From Anaeramoeba ignava BMAN (lineage: Eukaryota; Protista; Anaeramoebae), in NCBI GenBank assembly GCA_028826165.1, contig JAPDFW010000147.1:372001-436000 (forward strand): DNA of 64,000 bases, read 5' to 3'. Made by a program: the position numbers and the translations under genes. The notes under the pieces are model-generated. The model had not been told where the DNA came from. It saw nothing but the letters and a program-made list of their open reading frames with translations, and ran no database searches. This document shows, piece by piece, positions 11,701 through 22,460 of the stretch (the first letter of the stretch is position 1; each line of letters opens with the position of its first letter).

Positions 11701-13621
11701 CAATAACTTCATTTGGATATTTATTTTTCAAAACATAATGTAAAGGTATTTCATTTTGATTATTTTTTGAATTAATATCAGAACCTTTGGAAATTAATAA
11801 TTCAATAACTTCATTTGAATATTGATTTTGTAAAGCAATATCTAAAGGTGTTTCATTTTGATTATTTTTTGAATTAATATCAGATTCTTTTAAAATTAAT
11901 AATTCAATAACTTCTTTTGGATATTTATTTTGTAAAGCAATATGTAAAGGTATTTCATTTTGATTATTTTTTGAATTAATATCAGAACCTTTGGAAATTA
12001 ATAATTTAATAACTTCTTTTGGATATTGATTTTCCAAAGCAATATGTAAAGGTATTTCATCTTGATTATTTTTTGAATTAATATTAGATTCTTTAGAAAT
12101 TAATAATTCAATAATTTCTTTTGAATATTGATTTTCCAAAGCAATATGTAAAGGTATTTCATTTCCATTATTTTTTGAATTAAGATCAGAACCTTTGTAA
12201 ATTAATAATTCAATAACTTCATGTGAATAATGATTTTTCAAAGCAATATTTAAAGGTATTTCATTTTGATTATTTTTTAAATTAATATCAGAACCTTTGG
12301 AAATTAATAATTCAATAACTTCATGTGAATTTCTATTTTTCAAAGCAATATTTAAAGGTATTTCATTTTCATCATTTTTTAAATTAACATCAGATCCTTT
12401 AGAAATTAATAATTCAATAATCTCTTTTGGATATTTATTTTTCAAAGCAATATCTAAAGGTATTTCATTTCCATTGCTTTTTGAATTAATATCAGATCCT
12501 TTTAAAATTAATAATTCAATAATTTCTTTTGGATATTGGTTTTGTAAAGCAATATGTAAAGGTATTTCATTTTGATTATTTTTGGAATTAAGATCAGAAC
12601 CTTTGGAAATTAATAATAAAATAATCTCTTTGGGATATTTATTTGTCAAGGAATAATGTAAAGGTATTTCATTTTGATTATTTTTTGAGTTAATATTGGA
12701 TCCATTAGAAATTAATAATTTAATAACTTGATTTGAATATTTTTTTCTCAAAGCATAATCTAAAGGTGTTTCGTTCCAATAATTTTTTGAATTAATATTA
12801 GAACCTTTGGAAATTAATAATTCAATAATTTCTTTTGGATAATTATTTTGTAAAGCAATATGTAAAGGTGTTTCATTTAGATTATTTTTTGAATTAATAT
12901 TAGAATCTTTGGAAATTAATAATTCAATAATTTCTTTTGGATATTGATTTCTCAAAGCAATATGTAAAGGTATTTCATTTTCATTATTGTTGGAATTAAT
13001 ATCAGAACCATTTAAAATTAATAGTTCAATAATTTCATTTGAATATTGATGTTGTAAAGCAATATGTAAAGGTATTTCATTCCAATCATTTTTTGAATTA
13101 ATATCAGAACCATTTAAAATTAATAATTCAATAATTTCATTTGAATATTGATTTTGTAAAGCATAATGTAAAGGTATTTTATTTAGATAATTTTTTGAAT
13201 TAAGATCAGAATCTTTAGAAATTAATAATTCAATAATTTCATTTGGATTTTGATATTGTAAAGCAATATGTAAAGGTATTTCATTTTGATTATTTTTTGA
13301 ATTAATATTAGAACCTTTGGAAATTAATAATTTAATAATTTCTTTTGGATATTGGTGTTGTAAAGCTGAATGTAAAGAATTGTTTCCATTTTTATCAATC
13401 CAATTTAAGTTAGTTTCTTTTTCAATAAGTTTTTGGATCATTTCTTTTGTTGAATTTTGTTCAAATGCATAATTTAGAAAAGGTTTACTTCCTTTTTCAA
13501 TTTGTTCTGTTGTTTTCAAAGTTGGAATTGAATCAAAAAATTTAATATTGTTTTTTTGGATTTCAAAATAGATTTCATAAACTTCATAAATTTGTATTGA
13601 TTTTGTGTTGTTTTGATTCAT
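8780..13621 (-). CDS. Giant ankyrin-repeat protein (~35 x 34-aa repeats) with tandem C-terminal BTB/POZ domains (copy A)
   Basis: Intronless ORF from ATG 13621 (MNQNNTKS). Repeat consensus NSKNxxNEIPLHIALxNxYPKEIIELLISKGSDI; BTB motifs FKDIEIKSNDGQIIKAHKQIL and KDFTIIVEEKEIKVHKLILIIRSDLFKAMF...LIYFLY. Confidence 0.93.
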   Translation of the reverse strand: MNQNNTKSIQIYEVYEIYFEIQKNNIKFFDSIPTLKTTEQIEKGSKPFLNYAFEQNSTKEMIQKLIEKETNLNWIDKNGNNSLHSALQHQYPKEIIKLLISKGSNINSKNNQNEIPLHIALQYQNPNEIIELLISKDSDLNSKNYLNKIPLHYALQNQYSNEIIELLILNGSDINSKNDWNEIPLHIALQHQYSNEIIELLILNGSDINSNNNENEIPLHIALRNQYPKEIIELLISKDSNINSKNNLNETPLHIALQNNYPKEIIELLISKGSNINSKNYWNETPLDYALRKKYSNQVIKLLISNGSNINSKNNQNEIPLHYSLTNKYPKEIILLLISKGSDLNSKNNQNEIPLHIALQNQYPKEIIELLILKGSDINSKSNGNEIPLDIALKNKYPKEIIELLISKGSDVNLKNDENEIPLNIALKNRNSHEVIELLISKGSDINLKNNQNEIPLNIALKNHYSHEVIELLIYKGSDLNSKNNGNEIPLHIALENQYSKEIIELLISKESNINSKNNQDEIPLHIALENQYPKEVIKLLISKGSDINSKNNQNEIPLHIALQNKYPKEVIELLILKESDINSKNNQNETPLDIALQNQYSNEVIELLISKGSDINSKNNQNEIPLHYVLKNKYPNEVIELLISKGSDINSKNYENETPLHIALENQNTNQVIKLIISKGSDLNSKNNQNEIPLYYALKNQYPKEVIELLISKGSDINLKNNQNETPLNIALKNKYPNEIIELLISKGSDLNSKNKWNEIPLHIALTNKYPNEIIKLISKGSDINSKNKWNEIPLHIALENKYPNEIIELLISKGSDLNLYNYWNEIPLHIALKNKYPNEIIELLISKGSDINSKNNQDEIPLDIALQNQYSNKIIELLISKGSDINSKNKWNEIPLHYALRNKYSNQIIKLLILKGSDFNSKNDQDGIPLHIALTNKYSNEIIELLISKGSDFNSKNNEKEIPLHIALKNKYPNEIIELLISKESDVNSKNIWNEIPLNFALENKYPKEIIELLISKGSDLNSKNKLNEIPLHIALKTQLSNEIIKLLILNEFDINLKNNQNEIPLYIALRNNYSKEIIELLISKGSDINSKNKWNEIPLHYALENGYSNQIIELLIPKKSNLNLKNNQNEIPLYIGLRNNYSKEIIELLIPKRFDINSKNSLNETPLYFSLKYRNSKEVIELLISKGSDLNSKIDDKEIPLHYALKNQYPNEIIKLLISKGSDVNSKNDKKEIPLHSALENKYPKEIIELLISRGSNIDSTNESFETPLRVASKNNLSNEIKILLMRDLNIFELNKNHISQEMIKIFSKIYSFSDDLNNFLKSDEFKDIEIKSNDGQIIKAHKQILLIRFDNNLTILTRFINICRRKPKEIIEFALNFLYTGYVNFDKFIEKFNNKLTTIKSTFDSSHHIYSKNKNKENIENQLLSKQIERLNQTQNQNQTQNQTQKKKKNQKENEKENEDEKENLLIYELLKENGFDMNWIKQKEGIRGIMRDFGKFYEKNETKDFTIIVEEKEIKVHKLILIIRSDLFKAMFQLNFNDSSNQVHDYSKKSFETINQLIYFLYHDKIEDTNLTNRNIEEYDDLKDYYQLNPKSIFDSYLLDFSNSRNLK

Positions 13622-13718
13622 TTTTAATTTAAATTTTTGTTTAAAAAAATGAAAAGGAAAAAAATGAAAAGAAGGAAAAAAAGGAAAAAAAATAAAAAAA
13701 AAGGAAAAAAAATTTGAA

Positions 13719-16478
13719 TTAAAAACGGAATTTATAAGTTGAACGAAGTTTTTCAGAAAGATTTGGATCAAGTTCTTGAATAACTTCTGGTGCTTCTGCA
13801 AAACAAACAAAGAAAGTTGTAACTCCTGAAGTAACAGTTTCTCTGTTATTTTTTTTTTTAAATTAAAATTTTTAAATTAAATTAAAAAATTTATCTGAAA
13901 TTAAAAAATAAAAAATTAAAAATTTACAAAACAACCAATGAAATAAACAAAGCAATTAATAAAGATATTAAACTAAAAGCAATCCAAATTTTATCATGAT
14001 TAAAAGCAAAATAAGTGATAATTCCTGAAATAATTCCTGCAAATATTCCTGTAGAAATAGCTGCCATATTAACTACTCCATTAATTAAATCATCATTTAT
14101 TAAAGCATTTAATCCTCTTTCTTTGAATAAATTAAATGTTTTCTTTGATGCTTGAAGGAAATTGATTCCATAAATTGAGATATAAGCATAAGCAAATTGA
14201 TTGAACTATTTTTTATAATAAAATTTAAAATAAAATTTAAAATTAAAATTTGAATTAAAATTAAAATTTGAATTAAAATTAAAATTAAAATTAAAATCAA
14301 ATTTAAAATCAAATTTAAAATTAAATTTAAAATTAAAAAAATCAAAATTAAAATTTAAATCAAATTAAATCAAAATCAAATTCAAATTAAATCAAAATCA
14401 ATTTTAAATAAAATAAATACAAATTCAGCTAGCCAGTCTAAACAATTCAAAAAGCAAAGACATATGCATTTCAAAAAATCATTATCATTACTTTCACTTA
14501 CTCGTACAATCCATCTAAGTGTTTTTATAATTGCAACAATTAAAGAACCAACACAAATTGATCCAAAAGAGTAAGTAATTGCTCTTTTAAATGATTGAAA
14601 AGTTGGATCTTTGGGCATATTTCCCTTCAAGAAATCTTAATTTTTAAATTTGAATTTTAAATTTTAATTTTAATTTTAATTTTGAATTGAATTTGAATTA
14701 CAATAACTAGCATAAGTTCCACTTGATGTTGTATGAATAAGATTTGTAATTACTCCACTTGTCCAAAAATAAGAAAAAACAATATAAATTGCCCAATATT
14801 TACTACTGATATTATAAGTAACAATAGCAACATAAATCCATGCAAAAGTCCATGCAATTTGAAGAACAACTCCAAAAAGAAATGCAATTGTGATCTTAAT
14901 TTCAAATTATTTTATTTCAATTTATTTTATTTCAATTAATTTTATTCCAATTTATTTTATTCCAAATTATTTTATTCCAAATTTATTTTATTCCAAATTA
15001 TTTTATTTCAAATTATTTTATTTCAAATTATTTTATTTCAAATTATTTTATTTTAAATTATATTATTTCAAATTATTTTATTTTAAATTATTTTATTTTA
15101 AATTATTTTATTTTAAATTATTTTATTTCAAATTATTTTATTCCAATTTATTTTATTTTAAATTATTTTATTCCAAATTAATTTATTTCAAATTATTTTA
15201 TTTCAAATTATTTTATTCTAAATTATTTTATTTTAATTTATTTTATTTTAAATTATTTTATTTCAAATTATTTTATTCCAAATTATTTTATTCCAAATTA
15301 TTTTATTTCAAATTATTTTATTCCAAATTATTTTATTTCAAATTAATTTATTTCAAATTATTTTATTTCAAATTATTTTATTTCAAATTATTTTATTCCA
15401 ATTTATTTTATTCTAAATTTAATTACCATTGCTGGATATTTTTGAAGAGTTTTTGTAACATAAACTAATAAAACAGCTGAAAATGGTATTCTTTTTGCCC
15501 AAACTCGATAAAGAATAATTGAAATAATAAAGCAAAAAAGAAAAATTATTCCTCCAACAACAGATCCTAAAACAAACATTGCAATAGCAAGAAGTCCAGT
15601 AAAAACAATTCCCTTAAAAGATTTTAATTTAAATTTTAATTTTAATTTTAATTTTAATTTTAATTTTAATTTTAATTTTATTTTTAATTTTGATTTTAAT
15701 TTTAATTTTAATTTTAATTTTAATTTTAATTTAAATTTTATTTTTAATTTTAATTTTAATTTCAATTTTAATTTAATTTTAATTTTAATTTTAATTTTAA
15801 TTTTAATTTTAATTTTAATTTTAATTTTTAATTTACAGCAATAAAAGTAAATTTAATCAATCCTTTTGCATATTTTTTCATTAATTGAATCCAAAAAAAT
15901 GCACCAATAACACCACAAACCATTGAAAGAATTAAAACAATCAAAACATATTTTCCAGAATAACTTCTATCAGAATCATTATTATAATCAGTTGAATTTG
16001 ATTTAAATCTTGTAGTAACAACAAATAAAACAACTAAATGTGCAATAAAAAGAAAAAAAGCCCAAACATCATTAAATTTTGGTTTTTTGAATTTATCTCC
16101 AAGATCATTTTCATCAACATTTGAATCTGAAGTTTGTTTGTGTGGTTTTTCAATATCTTGAATCATTTGTTCATTCATTTGATTTTCTTGCTCATAAAAT
16201 GGTTGATTCATTTGATTCATTTGTGGTTGTTGTTGATAATATTGTTGATTCATTTGGTTCATTTGTGGTTGTTGATAAAATGGTTGATTCATTTGATTCA
16301 TTTGATTCATTTGTGGTTGTTGTTGATAATATTGTTGATTCATTTGATTCATTTGTGGTTGTTGTTGATAAAATGGTTGTTGTGGATTCATTTGTGGTTG
16401 TTCTTGATCCAATTCTTGTTCTGTATTCAATTCAGTTGTTTGAAATTCATCTTCTGTTGTAATATTTTGATGACTCAT
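13719..16478 (-). CDS. Choline transporter-like (SLC44/CTL/PNS1 family) protein, copy 1; 6 exons (16478-15837, 15612-15427, 14894-14702, 14635-14421, 14205-13928, 13842-13719)
   Basis: The spliced product contains KPKFNDVWAFFLF, RIPFSAVLL, RAITYSFGSICVGSLIVAII, FNQFAYAYISIYG..F..ASK..F.LF..RGLNALINDDLI and TFFVCFAEAP, which are PNS1/CTL signature motifs. Multiple TM helices. Confidence 0.92.
14900..15420. repeat. 15-bp intronic minisatellite (TTTTATTTCAAATTA)n
   Basis: Tandem array in CTL copy 1 intron 2; the homologous array is at 23590-24030. Confidence 0.9.
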
Positions 16479-16574
16479 TTTTTGTTGCTTTTTTTTTTTA
16501 ATTTTTTAAAAAAGAAAAAAAAAATGAATTTTTTATTTTGGAATTTTTTTATTTTTTGTTTTTTGAAGAAGCAA

Positions 16575-16932
16575 AAAATTAATTAATTAAAAATTAATTA
16601 AAAATTAATTAAAAATTAATTAAAAATTAATTAAAAATTGATTAAAAATTAATTAAAAATTGATTAAAAATTAATTAAAAATTAATTAAAAATTGATTAA
16701 AAATTGATTAAAAATTAATTAAAAATTAATTAAAAATTGATTAAAAATTAATTAAAAATTAATTAAAAATTGATTAAAAATTGATTAAAAATTAATTAAA
16801 AATTGATTAAAAATTAATTAAAAATTAATTAAAAATTAATTAAAGATTGATTAAAAATTAATTAAAAATTAATTAAAAATTGATTAAAAATTAATTAAAA
16901 ATTAATTAAAAATTGATTAAAAATTGATTAAT
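16575..16932. repeat. 10-bp satellite (AAAATTAATT/AAAATTGATT)n
   Basis: Tandem 10-mer with an A/G variant; the same unit occurs at 25278-26353. Confidence 0.9.
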
Positions 16933-16958
16933 TAAAAAAAAGTGGAAAAAAAAAAAGA

Positions 16959-19900
16959 TTAATTGTTTGAAAAAGATTTGGAATAAAAATCAATTAAATA
17001 TGATCCTAAAATTGATTTTGGATTTAATTGATAAAAATCTTTTAAATCAATAAATTCTTCAATATTTTCTTTTGTTATTTTTGTTTCATCAATTTTATCA
17101 TGATAAAGAAAATAAATTAATTGATTAATTGTTTCAAATGATTTTTCTGAATATTCATGAACTTGATTTGATGAATCATTAACATTTAAAAACATTCCTT
17201 TAAATAATTCACTTCTTATTTGTAATATTAATTTATGAACTTTAATTTCTTTTTCTTCAACAATTATTGTAAAATCTTTTGTTTCATTTTGTTGATATAA
17301 TTGTTCAAAATCTCTCAATATTCCTTTTATTCCTTCTTTTTCTTTAATCCAATTTAAATCAAATCCTGTTTTCTCAAATAAATCATAAATTAATCCTTTT
17401 TCAAATTCTTCTTTTTGATTTTCAATTTCATTTAAAAATAATTCTTCTTCTTTTTTTTGTTTTCCAAATTCAATTTGATTTGAAAATAAAAATTGGAAAT
17501 TTGAATTAAATTGTGTATTGCTTTGAATAAATTGATTATTAAATTTTTCAATAAATTTATCAAAATCAATAAATCCTGTATAGAGAAAATTTAATGCAAA
17601 TTCAATAATTTCTTTTGGTTTTCTTCTGCAAATATTAATAAATCTTGTTAAAATTGTTAGATTATTATCAAATCTTATTAATAAAATTTGTTTATGAGCT
17701 TTAATTATTTCACCATCATTACTTTTAATTTCAATATCTTTAAATTCATTTGATTTCAAAAAATTGTTTAAATCATCATTAATTGAATAAATTTTTGGAA
17801 ATAAATCAATCATTTCTTGATTAATTCTTTTTTTTTTCAATTCGAAAATATTCAAATCTCTCATTAATAAAATTTTGATTTCATTTGAATATTTATTTTT
17901 CAAAGCATAATGCAGAGGTATTTCTTTTTCATTATTTTTGGAATTAATATCAGAACCTTTGGAAATTAATAATTCAATAATTTCTTTTGGATTTTTATTT
18001 TGTAAAGCAATATGTAAAGGTATTTCATTTTCATTATTTTTTGAATTAATATCAGAACCTTTGGAAATTAATAATTCAATAATTTCTTTTGGATATTCAT
18101 TTTTCAAAGCAATATGTAAAGGTGTTTCTTCATTCCATTTGTTTTTTGAATTAAGATCAGAACCTTTGGAAATTAATAATTCAATAATTTCATTTGGATA
18201 TTTATTTTGTAAAGCAATATGTAAAGGTATTTCATCTTCATAATTTTTTGAATTAATATCAGAACCTTTGGAAATTAATAATTCAATAATTTCTTTTGTA
18301 TTTTGATTTTGTAAAGCATAATGTAAAGGTATTTCATTTTCATTATTTTTTGAGTTAATATTAGAACCTTTGGAAATTAATAATTCAATAATTTCTTTTG
18401 AATATTTATTTCTCAAAGCAAAATGTAAAGGTATTTCTTTTCCATCTATTTTTGAATTAATATCAGAACCTTTGGAAATTAATAATTCAATAATTTCATT
18501 TGAATATTTATTTTGTAAAGCAATATGTAAAGGTATTTCATTTTTATTATTTTTTGAATTAATATCAGAACCTTTGGAAATTAATAATTCAATAATTTCA
18601 TTTGGATAATTATTTTTCAAAGCAATATGTAAAGGTATTTCATTTTGATTATTTTTTGAATTAATATCAGAACCTTTGGAAATTAATAATTCAATAATTT
18701 CATTTGGATATTTATTTCTCAAAGCAAAATGTAAAGGTATTTCTTTTCCATCTATTTTTGAATTAATATCAGAACCTTTGGAAATTAATAATTCAATAAT
18801 TTCTTTTGGATATTTATTTTTCAAAGCAATATGTAAAGGTATTTCATTCCATTTATTTTTTGAATTAATATCAGAACCTTTGGAAATTAATAATTCAATA
18901 ATTTCATTTGGATATTGATGTTGTAAAGCAAAATGTACAGGTATTTCATTCCATTTGTTTTTTGAATTAATATCAGAACCTTTGTAAATTAATAATTCAA
19001 TAATTTCTTTTGGATATTTATTTTTCAAAGCAATATGTAAAGGTATTTCATTTTCATTATTTTTTGAATTAATATCAGAACCTTTGGAAATTAATAATTC
19101 AATAATTTCTTTTGGATATTCATTTTTCAAAGCAATATGTAAAGGTATGTATTTTTTATTGTTTTTTGAATTAATATCAGAACCTTTGGAAATTAATAAT
19201 TCAATAATTTCATTTTGGATATTTATTTTGTAAAGCAATATGTAAAGGTATTTCATTTTCATTATTTTTTGAATTAATATCAGAACCTTTGGAAATTAAT
19301 AATTCAATAATTTCATTTGGATATTTATTTTTTAAAGCAAAATGTAAAGGTATTTCATTCCATTTGATTTTTGAATTAATATCAGAACCTTTGGAAATTA
19401 ATAATTCAATAATTTCTTTTGGATAATTATTTTTCAAAGCAATATGTAAAGGTATTTCATTCCATTTGTTTTTTGAATTAATATCAGAACCTTTGGAAAT
19501 TAATAATTCAATAATTTCTTTTGGATATTTATTTTGTAAAGCAAAATGTAAAGGTATTTCATTTTGATTATTTTTTGAATTAATATCAGAACCTTTGGAA
19601 ATTAATAATTCAATAATTTCATTTTGGATATTTATTTTGTAAAGCAAAATGTAAAGGTATTTCTTTTCCATCTATTTTTGAATTAATATCAGAACCTTTG
19701 GAAATTAATAATTCAATAATTTCTTTTGGATATTCATTTTTTAAAGCAATATGTAAAGGTATTTCATTTTGATTATTTTTTGAATTAATATCAGAACCTT
19801 TGGAAATTAATAATTCAATAATTTCATTTGGATATTTATTTTGTAAAGCAAAATGTAAAGGTATTTCATTTTGATTATTTTTTGAATTAATATCAGAACC

Positions 19901-22353
19901 TTTGGAAATTAATAATTCAATAATTTCATTTGGATATTGATTTTGTAAAGCAAAATGTAAAGGTATTTCTTTATTCCATTTGTTTTTTGAATTAATATCA
20001 GAACCTTTAGAAATTAATAATTCAATAATTTCATTTGGATATTTATTTTTCAAAGCAATATGTAAAGGTATTTCATTCCATTTGTTTTTTGAATTAATAT
20101 CAGATTCTTTGGAAATTAATAATTTAATAATTTCTTTTGGATTTTGATTTTGTAAAGCAATATGTAAAGGTATTTCATTTAGATTATTTTTTGAATTAAG
20201 ATCAGAACCTTTGGAAATTAATAATTCAATAACTTCATTTGGATATTTATTTTGTAAAGCAATATGTAAAGGTATTTTATTTAGATGATTTTTTGAATTA
20301 ATATCAAACTCTTTAGAAATTAATAATTCAATAACTTCATTTGGATTTTGATTTTGTAAAGCAATATGTAAAGGTATTTCATTCCATTTGTTTTTTGAAT
20401 TAATATTAGAACCTTTGGAAATTAATAATTTAATAATTTCTTTGGGATTTTGATTTTGTAAAGCAATATCTAAAGGTATTTCATTCCATTTGTTTTTTGA
20501 ATTAATATCAGAACCTTTGGAAATTAATAATTCAATAATTTCTTTTGGATATTTATTTTTCAAAGCAATATGTAAAGGTGTTTCATTTTGATTATTTTTT
20601 GAATTAATATCAGAACCTTTGGAAATTAATAATTCAATAATTTCTTTTGAATATTTATTTCTCAAAGCAAAATGTAAAGGTATTTCTTTTCCATCTATTT
20701 TTGAATTAATATCAGATTCTTTGGAAATTAACAATTCAATAATTTCTTTTGAATATTGATTTTGTAAAGCAAAATGTAAAGGTATTTCATTTTGATTATT
20801 TTTTGAATTAATATCAGAACCTTTGGAAATTAATAATTCAATAATTTCATTTGGATTTTTATTTTGTAAAGCAATATGTAAAGGTATTTCATTCCATTTG
20901 TTTTTTGAATTAATATCAGAACCTTTAGAAATTAATAATTCAATAATTTCATTTGGATATTTATTTTCCGTAAAGCAGTATGTAAAGGTATTTCATTTCG
21001 ATTATTTTTTGAATTAATATCAGAACCTTTGGAAATTAATAATTCAATAATTTCATTTGGATATTTATTTTTCAAAGCAGTATGTAAAGGTATTTCATCT
21101 TCATAATTTTTTGAATTAAGATCAGAACCTTTGGAAATTAATAATTCAATAACTTCTTTTGGATATTTATTTTTCAAAGCAATATGTAAAGGTATTTTAT
21201 CTTTATAATCTCTTGAATTAATATCAGAACCTTTGGAAATTAATAATTCAATAATTTCATTTGGATATTTATTTTTCAAAGAAAAATGTAAAGGTGTTTC
21301 ATTCCATTTGTTTTTTGAATTAATATCAGAACCTTTGGAAATTAATAATTCAATAATTTCTTTTGGATAATTATTTTGTAAAGCAATATGTAAAGGTGTT
21401 TCATTTAGATTATTTTTGGAATTAATATCAGAACCTTTGGAAATTAATAATTCAATAATTTCGTTTGGATATTTATTTTTTAAAGCAAAATGTAAAGGTA
21501 TTTCGTCTTCATCTATTTTTGAATTAATATTAGAATCTTTGGAAATTAATAATTCAATAACTTCATTTGAATATTGATTTTCCAAAGCAATATGTAAAGG
21601 TATTTTTTTTCCATCTATTTTTGAATTAATATTAGAACCTTTGAAAATTAATAATTCAATAACTTCTTTTGAATATTGATTTCTCAAAGCAAAATGTAAA
21701 GGTATTTCTTTTCCATCTATTTTTGAATTAATATTAGAACCTTTGGAAATTAATAATTCAATAATTTCTTTTGGGTATTTATTTCTCAAAGCAATATGTA
21801 AAGGTATTTCATTTTTATTATTTTTTGAATTAATATCAGAACCTTTGGAAATTAATAATTCAATAATTTCTTTTGGATTTTTATTTTTCAAAGCAAAATG
21901 TAAAGGTGTTTCATTTTGATTATTTTTTGAATTAATATCAGAATCTTTGGAAATTAATAATTCAATAATTTCATTTGGATTTTGATATTGTAAAGCAATA
22001 TGTAAAGGTATTTCATTTTGATTATTTTTTGAATTAATATCAGAACCTTTAGAAATTAATAATTTAATAATTTCTTTTGGATATTGGTGTTTTAAAGCTG
22101 AATGTAAAGAATTGTTTCCATTTTTATCAATCCAATTTAAGTTTGTTTCTTTTTCAATAAGTTTTTGGATCATTTCTTTTGTTGAATTTTGTTCAAATGC
22201 ATAATTTAGAAAAGGTTTACTTCCTTTTTCAATTTGTTCTGTTGTTTTCAAAGTTGGAATTGAATCAAAAAATTTAATATTGTTTTTTTGGATTTCAAAA
22301 TAGATTTCATAAACTTCATAAATTTGTATTGATTTTGTGTTGTTTTGATTCAT
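16959..22353 (-). CDS. Giant ankyrin-repeat (~41 repeats)-BTB-BTB protein (copy B), with 3 apparent 1-nt frameshifts (~20966, ~19622, ~19213)
   Basis: N-terminus almost identical to copy A. A continuous 102-bp repeat array spans four ORF fragments and ends in a C-terminal BTB pair. The frameshifts lie in T-runs and may be assembly errors. Confidence 0.85.
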
Positions 22354-22460
22354 TTTTAATTTAAATTTTTGTTTAAAAAAATGAAAAGGAAAAATGAAAA
22401 AAAATGAAAAAAAAAGGAAAAAAAGGAAAAAAAATGAAAAAAAAGGAAAAAAAATTTGAA

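Noticed and set aside
13622-13810. N-terminal extension of ANK-BTB copy A in the ORF track
   Set aside because: It overlaps the last CTL exon and the intergenic T-tract; the paralogue starts at the equivalent MNQNNTKS.
9768-21017. Repeated plus-strand ORFs (MEINNSIISFG...)
   Set aside because: Antisense shadows of the ankyrin arrays.
9780-22130. Possible CRISPR-like repeat-spacer array (constant plus variable segments)
   Set aside because: The units are in-frame 102-bp ankyrin codons; the variable parts are short recurring alleles, not unique spacers; no cas genes; eukaryotic context.
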